This document shows positions 15,001 through 21,138 of a stretch of 64,000 nt of DNA, one piece after another. Numbering within the stretch: the stretch's first letter is position 1; every line of letters begins with the position of its first letter. The notes beneath the pieces are model-generated. The model worked only from the letters and a program-made list of their open reading frames with translations, had not been told where the DNA came from and did not search any database. The DNA comes from Cytophagales bacterium (lineage in GTDB: Bacteria; Bacteroidota; Bacteroidia; Cytophagales; JAHDFW01). A program made the position numbers and the translations under genes. The DNA is taken from assembly GCA_965277185.1 (NCBI GenBank), contig CBDICC010000009.1, positions 51,087 to 115,086 on the forward strand, given 5' to 3'.

Positions 15001-16291
15001 CTACATCAATGGCAATTGGAGAAGGATAAACAATGACTGTACTTGTATCTTGATTGGAACTACAACCCTGTTGGTCCAATACTTCCACCCTATATTCACC
15101 TGCTCCTGTTCCATAAACATCGATGCTGTCATCAAGATCTATGCCTGTGTAAATTGGAATAGAATCATTGCCATCTTTGTACCAATTATAGGTGTAGGGC
15201 GGATCACCATTTTGACCTTCTGCAAAGAGTGTAACGAATGATGAACCAAAACAGATTGCAGGATCCTTAGGGGTGACAAGAACCTCTAAATTACTTACAA
15301 ATCGAATCATTGTAGTGTCACAAATAGTAATGTTGTCACATCCTCCCAATGGTTCTCCGCAAATTTGAAATATTACAGAATCAGGAAGCCAAGTAGGAGG
15401 GTTAAGAGCAATAGAAAGAGGTAGTTCTACAAATAAAGTGTCAATTAGAGCACCGTTAGTAGGATTTCCAAATTCATCAAAAAGCCATGTGGCTACAGAG
15501 TCCGCGATGGTTGCACTATCAGGTCCTGCAGGAATTAAGGCTGTCCATTGAATTGAGTTAGGGTCATAACCTGTCCCCCAAACTTTACCAGAGCAAGCTT
15601 CCGAAACTACATCTGTTGGAGATATTTCAGGATCAGGAATGGAACGAATCGTAAAATGATTTGGGTTAGCTCCTGGTTTACAGAATGAGAGGTAAAAGGG
15701 TCCAGATCCAGTTAAACATATTTCTGATCCGTCGGCAGGATATTCCGCACTACAATCTGCAGGCGAATTAGTCGGATTCGAAAAACGATATCCAAGAATA
15801 CCAGAGCCCGGTGTTGAACCGCTTACAATATCAAGAGCCATCCCTCCGGCCGCTGAATCGAGATATAAAATAATCCCTAAGCAGGATTCGTTGTCGTTGT
15901 TTTGTGTGTTTGCATTACAACAAGTTTCACAAGGGGCATTTTTATCTCCGTGTCTACGTACACCTGGTCCGTCCACTGGATTATTAATGTCTAAGATATC
16001 GATTCCTCCAATGGATGGATCATCCATATCAATCCCCACAAAGTCTCTGGTGTCCCATAAACTATCGGCTGTTCCTCTTAAATCAACAACAAAAACTGGT
16101 ACATTATCATGACACGGATGCTCATTTTGATCAGTAACTAAAGTTGGGTCTTCTACGATAGGTAGGGTAGCACAAGGTGGAGAACCAGCAAAGGAATTAT
16201 TAACATTGAAAAATACCATGAAAGCTACAATCAAAGTAGTGATATGTTTTTTGCTTAATTGTTTCAATGTAAATTGTAATGATATAACCAT
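5..16291 (-). CDS. Giant (5428 aa) secreted cell-surface adhesin-like protein with T9SS type B C-terminal sorting domain (SprB-class cargo)
   Basis: One uninterrupted ORF with ATG at 16291-16289 and TAA at 7-5. The N-terminus looks like a signal peptide (KKHITTLIVAFMVFFNVNNSFA). It is followed by a ~300-aa unique Cys-rich region, then a long tandem-module array. The C-terminus (...FKLTIFNRWGEIIFYS..VWDGTYLG..MPSGLYPW...) fits the gliding-motility-associated/T9SS type B CTD pattern (TIGR04131-like, recalled from memory). Confidence 0.9.
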   Translation of the reverse strand: MVISLQFTLKQLSKKHITTLIVAFMVFFNVNNSFAGSPPCATLPIVEDPTLVTDQNEHPCHDNVPVFVVDLRGTADSLWDTRDFVGIDMDDPSIGGIDILDINNPVDGPGVRRHGDKNAPCETCCNANTQNNDNESCLGIILYLDSAAGGMALDIVSGSTPGSGILGYRFSNPTNSPADCSAEYPADGSEICLTGSGPFYLSFCKPGANPNHFTIRSIPDPEISPTDVVSEACSGKVWGTGYDPNSIQWTALIPAGPDSATIADSVATWLFDEFGNPTNGALIDTLFVELPLSIALNPPTWLPDSVIFQICGEPLGGCDNITICDTTMIRFVSNLEVLVTPKDPAICFGSSFVTLFAEGQNGDPPYTYNWYKDGNDSIPIYTGIDLDDSIDVYGTGAGEYRVEVLDQQGCSSNQDTSTVIVYPSPIAIDVGNDTSACANDSCVQLAASVEIAGGIIWLDAPLTGTFSVNDSTDSIGTLNTTYCPSAAEVTAGSVTLIARTTDNRGCDAVADTLIITYSPEPIVDAGPPSDTVCANDLTVQLAGTYSNTTGAIWSGGTGMFSTLAQDSIAQYTLSPGDTVGGSLMLYWTSTGGSTLCNPAVDSIEIIVIPSPIVSAGPDDTTCNNNYNVILAATSSTGSGQWSNMNGDHSGFTDRILATTMYTPTTTDSSTGSATLIWESTNNGLYCTLEADTMVLIINTAATATAPEDFNVCFNNPDFSLTGTTTPTGQSVFWTTNMPGSWQSNDSSSYTVTYNPAGMTSNTTYDVAFCVPNPGVGCIQECDSLLVTVTPEPLVDACDGCGPLDYSLLCAGNCLANLNGAFTNQGDFPGSGTEWNVVVNGASVNDVNAVITDITDLTSQYCPGSEETPSFPTQLQQVSLILTPTNVGNCLVVPDTANITIVTLPTVEAGVDQQICENNPSDLVMNADSNYGITSEIQEPIWTISPAAGTFTDVTGIIDETLSFTSTPTLTDTFTLEICIYRLALFDACPVVCDSMQVTVLPSPTATVGIDQIVCSNNPDVTFTGDTTSGGAGGALSFQWTNIYGTQGSFGSSNALSTTYSPDASQIAVAAGQALPIPPADSTWCAEFRVSDVSTFCSSVADTVCVSATPAPLVDAGPSDTVCDNNRPVTLNGSVGDGASSGIWSGGTGIFLPNSTTLTGVGYTPTTTDSVTLNLCSTDGAALNNCLEVCDSMKIYVTPAPTVNAGLDDTSCVNNPNVTLAGSYDPGVSGGVVWRNFSGSFAPLVDSTNEAGLYQPNATEYGVGGTTMSLILSTTNSGLCLEIQDTMNIYFEPSPIVDAGNTIDVCTNNPCGIVTGSVANATGTTWTTNRPADVTIVDPDSLSTSVCWTNGQPTPGDSVRMYLTSTGNGNCNAVLDSTTIYYTPSPTIFAGPADTSCSNNTQLCLASSMTLSTTMIWSNFDVAGSFIGGSSTSDTVCYTPTATEITNGFVEFIATTTDTGNCLAVADTVRLEILQAPIISTTVADSICTDALPMALNASLTTDPRDGITYGFSWVGNNPGDVFSPNNDTISTFNPDPTTLDTIPVEYFVKINTTGGAYCNDVSATDSFIVMPTPTVNAGGDVTVCTDATTIPLSPTSTHINEGTWSLGSGANGTFTGNQYNIDIANDTIGAGLGGSIYLVYCGTDPIFSGCGIYCDSIQITFQGAPTAIVSAPNTICTNDYPVTISASGSGIGAWTTIQGVQSIVDANAQVTDIVPSAANETDGFVEVTWCTSAIGSCPSFCDQDTISILPGPIVFAGNDTTLCSDIACIDLNGSITNAGGTGYWNVLLGQVVGSFDFGFGTVTPNRYCMSNDNYTDGTVSLVLCNNNQTFCPQECDTMVVTLTPNVVIDAGIDRTICADQDTLQLFGNVTTATGGTWTTTSGCNGPSGAFDNANILTPVYTWCAGDIAVPGTTDSVKVYVTSTGNGLCAPTTDSMTITITPAPTIDAGPDDTICYDEGVYGLNGTITIASQGVWTTNSVSAPPVFDAGGVFTSPTGLINYYPTSVDSNLTLEMYLNTTGAGQCNNIADTMLLTILPTPVVTVPADTTLCADAGSFTINGATMQNSTTGIWTENGPGSFMAGTETNLNGAIYQFSGNDTNNIVVFKWVTTDNGTCNPDSGTFTLTITPSVIVRAGPDQALCATGDSILLAGTVQYAGGGTWSTLPTGGTFVDDIDLATDYIRSATDSTSGFATVILTSRLEGQCVPQTDTMLISFQAVPVALAGPDDTVCADTSGYNLLGSVVNATGGYWTSSNDSGFFMPSDTHTLFVPSASDTMQINQPLTLCIQTTGNGLCALVSDCMDLTITPIPVITAPAFDTVCADIDTVNFSALVQFATGLVWTTNGHGTMVDSSQNNLEYILDPQDTLIGDIRFFVTSTGNGLCNAYSEQLDLNISPAPGMEAGPDQTICRDDADIVLTGSVNYGNGIWTSDDISGVFADSSDLGTTYTHNTVSPTTPDTIKLTLTNINVGACKEIQDSVQLIVTPIPIMDAGGFDTICADSGFLQLSGTFANAGGGVWSSPTGGTFSPDSISINSTYHFDSLDYVNGSVTLDWTSTDFGTCNPVTDQLVITINPAPTVYAGPDQRICADAPATTLAGTMTVAGNSIWTTAGQGTIALPNSLTSDFTADSAGIIVLTLTTLDNGLCNAVSDIVNITVDPAPSITAGPDQTVCKTDNSVTMAGSITNATGIIWRALGTGSWQANDSTSIASVYVPSTLDTAVGTIQVIASTTDSLTGCAILSDTMSIIFSPLPTVNAGSATACFDAAGIELIAIRTNANGVLWSTNGTGAGSEFTTTAADTTYFTPNIADVPGNIEVYVQTVGSGGCADVFDTIQVQIRPDPIVEAGPTQIVCIDENTIIVGIDSDTTNYTGQMEWISSGGGPFADSSATPTTYTISAVDAVSDSALIYWCTANNGLCPTVCDSFIAYITPAPEVYAGANITRCADEDTVCLAGDTVNSVPGGVAWTTNGDGTFVDSSALDPCYVPGIGDDTVGTVLLTVATINNGRCQTYTDDRTLIITPVPTFDLPPADTYCADIGSYIVSASNLTVATSGHWTYSGVPDSVNSSYGDSSITFQTYFSQADRDTANLEYIFCADIGNGRCQVYCDTFNLTLTPSPTLDIGDSALCASDDSVQLSANYTIAGGIEWSTKGDGTFSDSLADTTYYYFGTNDKTTQSVLVIAETRDAGTCTIIYDTIVINYTDPFMLTAGPDQVVCSDTGTITLNAGHNTAVTSVLWTTTGNGNFVNPITEPFAVNDTAASYTLTQDDIDSSGVQLILTTTVGSLCPEIADTMNVSIYLAPVVSASATNACASPGNAVNLIGSIDTNGVTGHTGTWTTAGGGMFDGNTVPASTILPNTDYTPAGVDITTETFLLTLTADPYRQCKGYFDTLRVNLIPVPTVTTVDTVICKDADDITLRAYTFSDTTTRVTWSGGNGTFSVGDIGVGIDSIYKSDSTFMTYTFDPADTTGIDSLILYVTNAGGSCSPVTDSIVIRFNPVPTVFATPAAQCAVFDTLSLVGTITNAGGGTWSHSGSGSFAFGNTVLINEYQPVPADTVGTADSVVIKLCTRLNAGCKTYCDSSTIYFSPPPVIFAGNDTTVCADVLSIPLMSVSVDTTASAGAVWTNSIGGTFTPNDSVIFNPIFNVPDTIRTGGVDTTATLILTTYGSGFCPEISDTMEITITHPPIVTSADTITVCADTSAIPISIITNDVPDSVFWEIISGAGHITDVNADTTTYNFVQDDIDSGYAIVRYSSYDFAGCVPVVDTIYLEITPIPTVDITVDEICIDNPVVTLTSLVTHDGSSTPDDAVWTSSTQGTGGFTDGSGNTDFYTLDSASGDTALATVKLFLTTTNNGLCQAYVDSVILNIIPAPFANAGPNQGICGDQNTVCLNAVVTTDSIRWSSSGTGTFVDSLSDTTCYTLSSADSANGVVLTITTTFDNRGCNPGVDSVIVAITNPPIVNAGIPDTACYEQAPGVPGFISLSGSIDFDIAGAGVFWSGGTGTFVSLSSPGLGNTDTIVEYYFDQVDSCGDLRLYITSTGTGNCNAVTDSVDVFVRCVPTVTDNADTTVCADIDSVQVSVLVQNATGVSWTTSGQGMFRDTSLFTTHYIPDPQDIADSLIVLTPSTTGTEECLTYSESFNMYFTDAPTVDAGLPQNVCSCNGDSIFLTTANTTIANAFAWTSDGAGTFVDSSVLNATYVPACPGDSSITINMILTASDTVTGCKTYIDTVQITFEPAVVVSAGGPTDTVCADIGTIQLNGSVLVATGGLWSTLNGDPNQFNPIPPAQDLVMYTLTDADTARGTVTFVLESTGGGNCLTIYDTIEVIITPIPVVTGGFDDTICADAVIYGLTGGVTVTGTGAWTSSGDGTWAPDSLTLITDYILGTIDGTVLSGTTNLINFVLVSTNNGHCNPVQDVVQLTVTEVPIVFAGNDRSICQDKTSISFVSPIKDSYIIGATSSGNWTSDGDGTFVDALGAIDTSFSGMIEYDLGPDDLLRGDTSGFITFVLESTNNGSCNPVLDTMMVQILPRPTVTVDSTLNLLNDTLTICADQDTVSFIGTVTNSPTQLWSATSPGVCAQCGFSRTDATALNPLYTIDSTDINVTDLITDYVGITLETIGNSNGCDEVNDALILEITPRPRIAITAPDTVCADVGPINVEGSVLIATGGIWTSSDLTGSFGNVTNLVTTYTLGTDDIGFGLATLVLESTGHGQCNQVFETHNIVVTPRPAIDAGPDMVICGDFGNFTISADSVNDIVKAVQWSTIEGNNANFSNRFALHPTYTLDPSDIPDPTSKTSNFLTFILESTNVGDCQNILDTMIVEIKPTPIVTLSAGDICADLNGLEVNATYCNATGIIWSSNDGIFGNVADTSTQFTPDASVKPGTAIVTVCSDGNGVCQAVCDSIGIIITDLPNPDAGPSQLICRHAGTQLNGIDSLGTGDVLTWYDENGLVLTTGASHSVNTVPNPTFFAFGILDVNGCERIDTMYVEVIDPPTLDMDSLYCFDDNLSISAGVDVNTIPDPPFQGTWQWYYEGAPAPGLSTDTVYQVIQSGVHSVQWLSGSCFISDTTLVAPRPIVEGIDVSICEFGAYNLEATTGFITYAWAEVGGLGQTGNGNPFNASGIGNDSIDQVFIVTITDSLGCQNDDSVYLYELNPPTLDVFPDTTCDGFAVDLYGVPQNDTVLGNTDSAIYTWTYGGNILKQDSTWSGFLAPDSAHKWTSRLDSGWYKLTYGIEQCIVTDSAYLPFHALPETFAQDSAVFCAESDVFVTLDGGTSSGSPTGHIWYDEDKAELGITSQFIDVTVEMTYYVTIIDSNGCMAEDSVFVEERCPPRCHLPTAFSPDGTACDPTCSEDDNIICNDNCFYVFCKHQKDFKLTIFNRWGEIIFYSENKNNVWDGTYLGKDMPSGLYPWTMEYNALEEEYDRPKYVSGKILIIR
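8..331 (-). other. T9SS type B C-terminal sorting domain (last 108 aa of the giant protein)
   Basis: The sequence is CPPRCHLPTAFSPDG[TACDPTCSEDDNIIC]NDNCFYVFCKHQKDFKLTIFNRWGEIIFYSENKNNVWDGTYLGKDMPSGLYPWTMEY...ILIIR. The core F(T/S)P(N/D)GD..ND...IFNRWG..W.G motifs are present. A Cys-rich insertion sits between the PDG and ND elements. Confidence 0.75.
332..1585 (-). repeat. Second module type: five ~84-aa Ig-like modules with an aromatic W/Y-x-W/Y-x-x-G motif (aa 4903-5320)
   Basis: The modules contain TWYDENG, WQWYYEG, YAWAEVGG, YTWTYGG and HIWYDED, each with paired Cys (..GC..D). One related module (YTYNWYKDGN, aa ~334-422, nt ~15026-15292) precedes the main array, so this type brackets it. 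Confidence 0.6.
1586..15025 (-). repeat. Protein-level tandem array: ~48 diverged modules of roughly 80-100 aa (aa 423-4902)
   Basis: I counted recurring anchors of the form P-x-P-x-V-x-AG-x-D-x-x-C, for example PAPTVYAGPDQRIC, PAPSITAGPDQTVC and PEPIVDAGPPSDTVC. Each is followed by L.G......G..W.T.G.G.F, Y.P...D...G.v.L.l.T and G.C....D.....I.P. Each unit has two conserved Cys. The units are diverged at the DNA level. The count and boundaries are approximate. Confidence 0.8.
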
Positions 16292-16964
16292 ATTAGCTCA
16301 ATAATTTCAATTAATAAATCTATTCCAAGTTATGTGCATAGTTTAAAACGCATTAGCCCAGTATAACCCGAAATATACAAGAAAAATTAACGTTTCACAA
16401 GTTAATGTAGCAGGTACTTTAAGTTTGACAATTAAAGGAAATGAAAATTTATAATGTACTGGATGCGTGGCTCCTAGAATTGTCCTATATCGTAAATGTA
16501 TTGATAATATAGTGTTAAAGTGTTGTTTTTAGAAAAAAGGAATTAACGGGTGTGCGTGAACGAGAAATGAGAATGTAGTTTGGAGTTATTGTGGTTTTTA
16601 TTTTTTAGTTAATTTTAACTTATTTTTAGGCTGTTTTAGTGTTTTTTTTTTGATTGAAATTAGATGCTTTGGTAGTAAAGAAATTTTAGTTTTAAGAAGA
16701 TAGTTGTATGCAGGTACGACCGATGTTTTAATAAAAAAGAATCAAAATTAATGATGAAAGAGATGTTTGAATAATACAATTACTATTGAGTTGGGATGAG
16801 CCGCGATGTATTTTATAATTGGTTATCGAACATTATTGTATGTACGCCGTATAAATAGTCAAAACCGTAAATTAATCAAGGATCGTTTCAAATGAAATTG
16901 AGTTTTCTTGGATTTTATCAAGATTAACGGTACTTTTATACATTGAATAATAAAAACTGGATAG

Positions 16965-18116
16965 ATGAGGAAATTTTTACTTGTAGCGTTGGTATTGTGT
17001 GGAGGAGCAAAAATGGTGGGTCAGGACATTCAATTTGCCCAATTTTATGCTTCTGCTTTGTATTTGAACCCTGCTTTTGCGGGAAGTGATCATCATAACA
17101 GGATTATGATGCATCAACGAGTTCAATGGCCTCGAATAGATGGTAAATATAACACCACTATGTTTGCTTATGATCGATATTTTGAAGATTATCAAAGTGG
17201 ATTTGGGGTGATGATAATTCAAGATTTCCAAGGTACTAATGATTTGAGGACCACAGATTTAAGTATGCAATATGCATATGAGCTTCATATCGATAAGGAT
17301 CATGCGATGCGTTTTGGTTTACAAGCTGGATATTTGTCCAGAAGTGTTGGATATGGTTTGGTTTTCCCTCAAAATTTAGCAACAACAGGTATTAATACAA
17401 GTAATCCTCCATCTGCAAGAGTATTAAGGAAAGGTATGGCAGATATCAGTAGTGGTTTACTTTTTTATTCAAAAGAATTTTATGTTTCAGCATCTGTTCA
17501 TCATTTGAACAGACCTAATACAGATTTTACGATTGCAGGAGTAAGTGATGCGACTGGTTCTCCTGGGAATCCTGTTGGTAAATTACCCGCTAGATACGCA
17601 TTGGTAGGGGGGTATAGAATTCCAATCGCAATGAACCAAAACAAGGGGATGGCGGCATATTCAAAATGGAATAAAGAAAAGAAAGCAGCGATTACACCTA
17701 CATTTCACTATAAATCACAAGGAAAGTCGGATCAATTAGACATAGGGGTATATGGTGTATATGATCAACTTCTATTAGGATTTTGGTACAGAGGTATTCC
17801 TGTAAAACGATGGAGACCAGTTGATGTAGTTTGGAATCCACCTGCAGCACCTACTATCCCAAATCCAGGTGATCCAGTGGCAGGATTGCATAATAATGAG
17901 TCCATTGTGGGAGTTATTGGTTGGTTGTATAACGGAATTGATTTAAGCTACTCGTATGATTTTGTTGTTTCAAAATTGAAAATTGCGCGTACGTTTGGTG
18001 CACACGAAATTAACTTGACGTTTGTACCTCACCATTATGCTAAAAAGCCTAAGATTCAGAAATTTATACCTTGTCCACATCCAATGGGAGGTCGAGGTAG
18101 AAGAGATATCAGATAG
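16965..18116 (+). CDS. PorP/SprF-family type IX secretion system membrane protein
   Basis: 383-aa ORF with a signal-like N-terminus (LLVALVLCGGAKMVGQ). It is followed by QDIQFAQFYASALYLNPAFAG, the hallmark N-terminal motif of the PorP/SprF family (from memory). It lies next to a type B CTD cargo gene. Confidence 0.8.
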   Translation: MRKFLLVALVLCGGAKMVGQDIQFAQFYASALYLNPAFAGSDHHNRIMMHQRVQWPRIDGKYNTTMFAYDRYFEDYQSGFGVMIIQDFQGTNDLRTTDLSMQYAYELHIDKDHAMRFGLQAGYLSRSVGYGLVFPQNLATTGINTSNPPSARVLRKGMADISSGLLFYSKEFYVSASVHHLNRPNTDFTIAGVSDATGSPGNPVGKLPARYALVGGYRIPIAMNQNKGMAAYSKWNKEKKAAITPTFHYKSQGKSDQLDIGVYGVYDQLLLGFWYRGIPVKRWRPVDVVWNPPAAPTIPNPGDPVAGLHNNESIVGVIGWLYNGIDLSYSYDFVVSKLKIARTFGAHEINLTFVPHHYAKKPKIQKFIPCPHPMGGRGRRDIR

Positions 18117-18684
18117 TCCTATCAAGGATTGAGATTCTTCTAATACACGTACTTACTGTACGTTGTAAGATTAATATAATCTGATAAGAATGGGTTTTTA
18201 TATCCAAATTTTGAACGAGTTTAGGAGTAAGAATCTTTCAGACTTTCTTTAACAATAGTATAGGGCAATTTCAAAGGAAGTCTTGTTCCTTAAAATTCAA
18301 CTTATTTAGGTTGCATGATAAATGTAGTCTGAGGTTCAATTCTTAGGATTTTGGTTTGAGAGCCATTCTTTCCAAAGGAGTGAATACTATTGTATAAGCG
18401 ATTTGCTTGACTAAAAATCACATAACATAACATTAAATTGTTTTTGGATCGATAAAATTTTGCTTATCAGCACCATCAATGGATGTTGAATCTATCGTAT
18501 GGATTGCTTGAAAATTTTTATTTTTCTAACTTGTCCAAGCGGACGTTCTGGAGGTTTGATCACTTACAAACTAACTAATCCCTTAATTAGGTCGTAAACA
18601 TGTCTTTAGTTCAATCAGATTTGAATTTGACAGATGAATAAGGCATTCTAAAATACCCAATTACAGGACTACTAGATTCTAAAA

Positions 18685-18709
18685 AAAAGAGAGTTATTTA
18701 CTCTCTTTT
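18685..18709 (-). terminator. Rho-independent terminator for the 18773-19834 gene
   Basis: Perfect 10-bp stem AAAAGAGAGT / ACTCTCTTTT with a 5-nt loop. Read on the minus strand it is followed by a T-run (A-run 18681-18684 on plus). It sits ~64 nt downstream of the minus-strand stop. Confidence 0.7.
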
Positions 18710-18772
18710 CTCTTTTATTAGCGAGCTAGATAGGATTAAATTAATAGTACTGTCCGGCTGTCCATAATTTAT

Positions 18773-19834
18773 TTATTTTTCAGCTTTAACCTTCTTTTTC
18801 GCAGAAGAAAATTTATAAGACAATCCTGCACCAAATACTTCTTTGAACTGAACTCTAGGACCATTGGAAAAAGTACCATCACCATTATCTACCATTATAT
18901 CTATGTCATCATCATATATAAGGTGAGAACTAAATGTGCAAGAGATAAATTCATTAACCTTCATCGACATAAGGAATTGCCAGTTAACATCAATATTTTG
19001 AGGATTCTTTAAATAATTTGAAAACAAGTCTACCTGATTTGTGATAGATATATTTTTAGCTACATCTCCTTTGTATCCAACTTTAAGATATCCACCTAAT
19101 TCGTAACGAACATTTTTTCCAACGGTAAGTAATGTACCACTTTGATCAGTCTCTCCGGCACCTAAAACCCCAAATGCACCCGCGTCAGCTAATGTTTGAT
19201 CATATACAAAAGTGATTTTGGATGTTAGTGGAGCAACAAAAATACTCACACCTTTTTTTGGTGTAGAATTGATCCCAATTGCAGTAACCCAATAGCCAGG
19301 AGCCATAAAACGTGAGATTACGTTTCGATCATTTGGATCGTCAAAACCATTTGCAAATTGAGTTCGAAAATTCATGTAACCTGCGTAATACAAGTTTTTT
19401 GAAATTTCTTGACCAATTTTGGCTGAGAAGTCAATTTTGTCATCACTTTTTAATAGGGGGATAGAGTCTCCAGATCCTTGTCTTTGTACCCCAAAAGATA
19501 GATCAAGGTTATTCTCCCAAAGTGTTTTGTTAATCTTTTTATAGGCATAAAGACTTAATAAGGAGTTAATCGATATCGAATTTTGTCCACCAGAAGTCCA
19601 GTTTACCAATCCTGTTTGGGAGAATGTATTATTAAATGTTCCACCATAATGCCAAGCACCGGTGGAATCAAACTTTTCGTTTTTGGTCTTTTCCTTTAGC
19701 TTTTTTTCGCCTTCAACGATTTGAGCTGAGGATGAATAAGAATTATAAAAAAATAGAATTGCGAGTGCGCAGATTTTGAATGTTAAAGAAAACTTCATCA
19801 AATTAGATTTTAAGATTTGAGTGATTGATTGCAT
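18773..19834 (-). CDS. DUF3078-like outer-membrane protein
   Basis: 353-aa ORF with a signal-like N-terminus (FKICALAILFFYNSYSSSAQ). The motif WHYGGTFNNTFSQTGLVNWTSGGQNSISINS resembles the DUF3078 signature as I recall it. Alternating beta-strand-like composition. Confidence 0.6.
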   Translation of the reverse strand: MQSITQILKSNLMKFSLTFKICALAILFFYNSYSSSAQIVEGEKKLKEKTKNEKFDSTGAWHYGGTFNNTFSQTGLVNWTSGGQNSISINSLLSLYAYKKINKTLWENNLDLSFGVQRQGSGDSIPLLKSDDKIDFSAKIGQEISKNLYYAGYMNFRTQFANGFDDPNDRNVISRFMAPGYWVTAIGINSTPKKGVSIFVAPLTSKITFVYDQTLADAGAFGVLGAGETDQSGTLLTVGKNVRYELGGYLKVGYKGDVAKNISITNQVDLFSNYLKNPQNIDVNWQFLMSMKVNEFISCTFSSHLIYDDDIDIMVDNGDGTFSNGPRVQFKEVFGAGLSYKFSSAKKKVKAEK

Positions 19835-19888
19835 TGGAATTAAGTATGTTGCCTATGTTTAAAATAAGGTTCTTGTGAATATGTTTGT

Positions 19889-20431
19889 TTAATGTAAGTT
19901 GAGTTGATTGCAGATCATAAGTATGCCTGTCATAGATATGGCATCTGTAATTAAACCGTTTTGAACCATTTTTAGAGCTTCAGAAAGATGTACTTTTTTA
20001 AGTTTCAAATCTTCAGTGTCTTCAGGATTACTCTTACCAAAAGAAAGATTACGTGCCGTAAATATAAAACCTTCTTCATCGGTAACCGAATTTGAAGTAT
20101 GAATTCGACATAGTTTTGTCCATTCTAGCGCTTGAATTCCAGTTTCCTCTATCAATTCTCGTTTAGCAGAATCAAGTATGTCAGTATCTATTGGACCGCC
20201 CCCCATTGGTATTTCCCAACTATACTCGTCTAAAGCATATCGATATTGACCGACCAAATAAGTGTATTGAAGATCATCTACTGGAATGATGCCAATTGCT
20301 TTATTTTTAAAATGGACAACACCATAGATACCATCGGTACCAGCAGGTGTCTTAACCTTATTTTCTTTGACTCTTATCCAGTTATTTTCATATTTTAACT
20401 CAGATTGAATCGTTTTCCAGGGGTTTTTCAT
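19889..20431 (-). CDS. NUDIX hydrolase (ADP-ribose pyrophosphatase-like)
   Basis: 180-aa ORF with a Nudix box, GGGPIDTDILDSAKRELIEETGI (GX5EX7REUXEEXGU pattern). Confidence 0.8.
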   Translation of the reverse strand: MKNPWKTIQSELKYENNWIRVKENKVKTPAGTDGIYGVVHFKNKAIGIIPVDDLQYTYLVGQYRYALDEYSWEIPMGGGPIDTDILDSAKRELIEETGIQALEWTKLCRIHTSNSVTDEEGFIFTARNLSFGKSNPEDTEDLKLKKVHLSEALKMVQNGLITDAISMTGILMICNQLNLH

Positions 20432-20457
20432 ATTTTGCAGAATCTCAGGACAAGTAT

Positions 20458-21090
20458 ATGCATAATTTTGAAATGCTTAAAATTAGTTTTAGTGAAAATA
20501 AAATAGAAGCAGGAGTCGACGAGGTTGGAAGAGGCTGCCTTGCAGGGCCCGTGGTTGCGGCAGCTGTTATTTTGCCTAAAAATTTCAAGAATGAACTCTT
20601 GAATGATTCGAAAAAATTGACTGACGCCAAGAGAAAGATTTTGGAACCAATAATCAAAGAAGAAGCTTTGGCTTGGGGTATAGGAATTATTGATAATCAC
20701 GAAATTGATAAAATAAACATATTAAATGCAACATATAAGGCGATGCACTCTGCAATCTCTCAGCTGAAAATTGATCCTGAATTGTTGTTAATTGATGGGA
20801 ATCGATTTAAACCATATGAAAATTATACCTTTGAATGCATAATTAAAGGAGATGGAAAGTTTCTTTCCATTGCTGCCGCATCCGTGTTGGCTAAAGTCTA
20901 TAGGGATGATTTGATGGACGAATTGGCACTGACGCATCCACATTACGACTGGGAGAATAATAAGGGATATCCTACAAAAAAACATCGTGCCGGGATACAA
21001 AAAGTTGGAATAACGGATTTGCATAGACGCTCTTTTAAGTTGTTACCAGACCAAATGGAATTGTTCTCTCTAAAAGACCAAAATAAGTGA
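20458..21090 (+). CDS. rnhB: Ribonuclease HII
   Basis: AGVDEVGRGCLAGPVVAAAVIL, plus DSKKL...R and SIAAASVLAKVYRD motifs typical of RNase HII. The start could also be the Met at 20473. Confidence 0.9.
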   Translation: MHNFEMLKISFSENKIEAGVDEVGRGCLAGPVVAAAVILPKNFKNELLNDSKKLTDAKRKILEPIIKEEALAWGIGIIDNHEIDKINILNATYKAMHSAISQLKIDPELLLIDGNRFKPYENYTFECIIKGDGKFLSIAAASVLAKVYRDDLMDELALTHPHYDWENNKGYPTKKHRAGIQKVGITDLHRRSFKLLPDQMELFSLKDQNK

Positions 21091-21138
21091 AGTTAGAGTA
21101 GCTTGCTTTTCAGGATAGGATTTATAGTTAATTTGCAA

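Noticed and set aside
559-16112. About 30 plus-strand ORFs (60-126 aa) and several short minus-strand ORFs nested inside 5-16291, e.g. 4862-5242, 8232-8549, 14061-14351.
   Set aside because: All lie antisense or out of frame within one continuous 16.3-kb ORF that has coherent repeat architecture and a recognisable secretion domain. They have low-complexity V/P/A/T-rich translations typical of shadow frames of a G/T/S/D-rich protein.
20428-20700. Minus-strand ORFs 20428-20700 and 20445-20657, plus 20788-21024.
   Set aside because: They are antisense to the well-supported rnhB gene and have no motifs.
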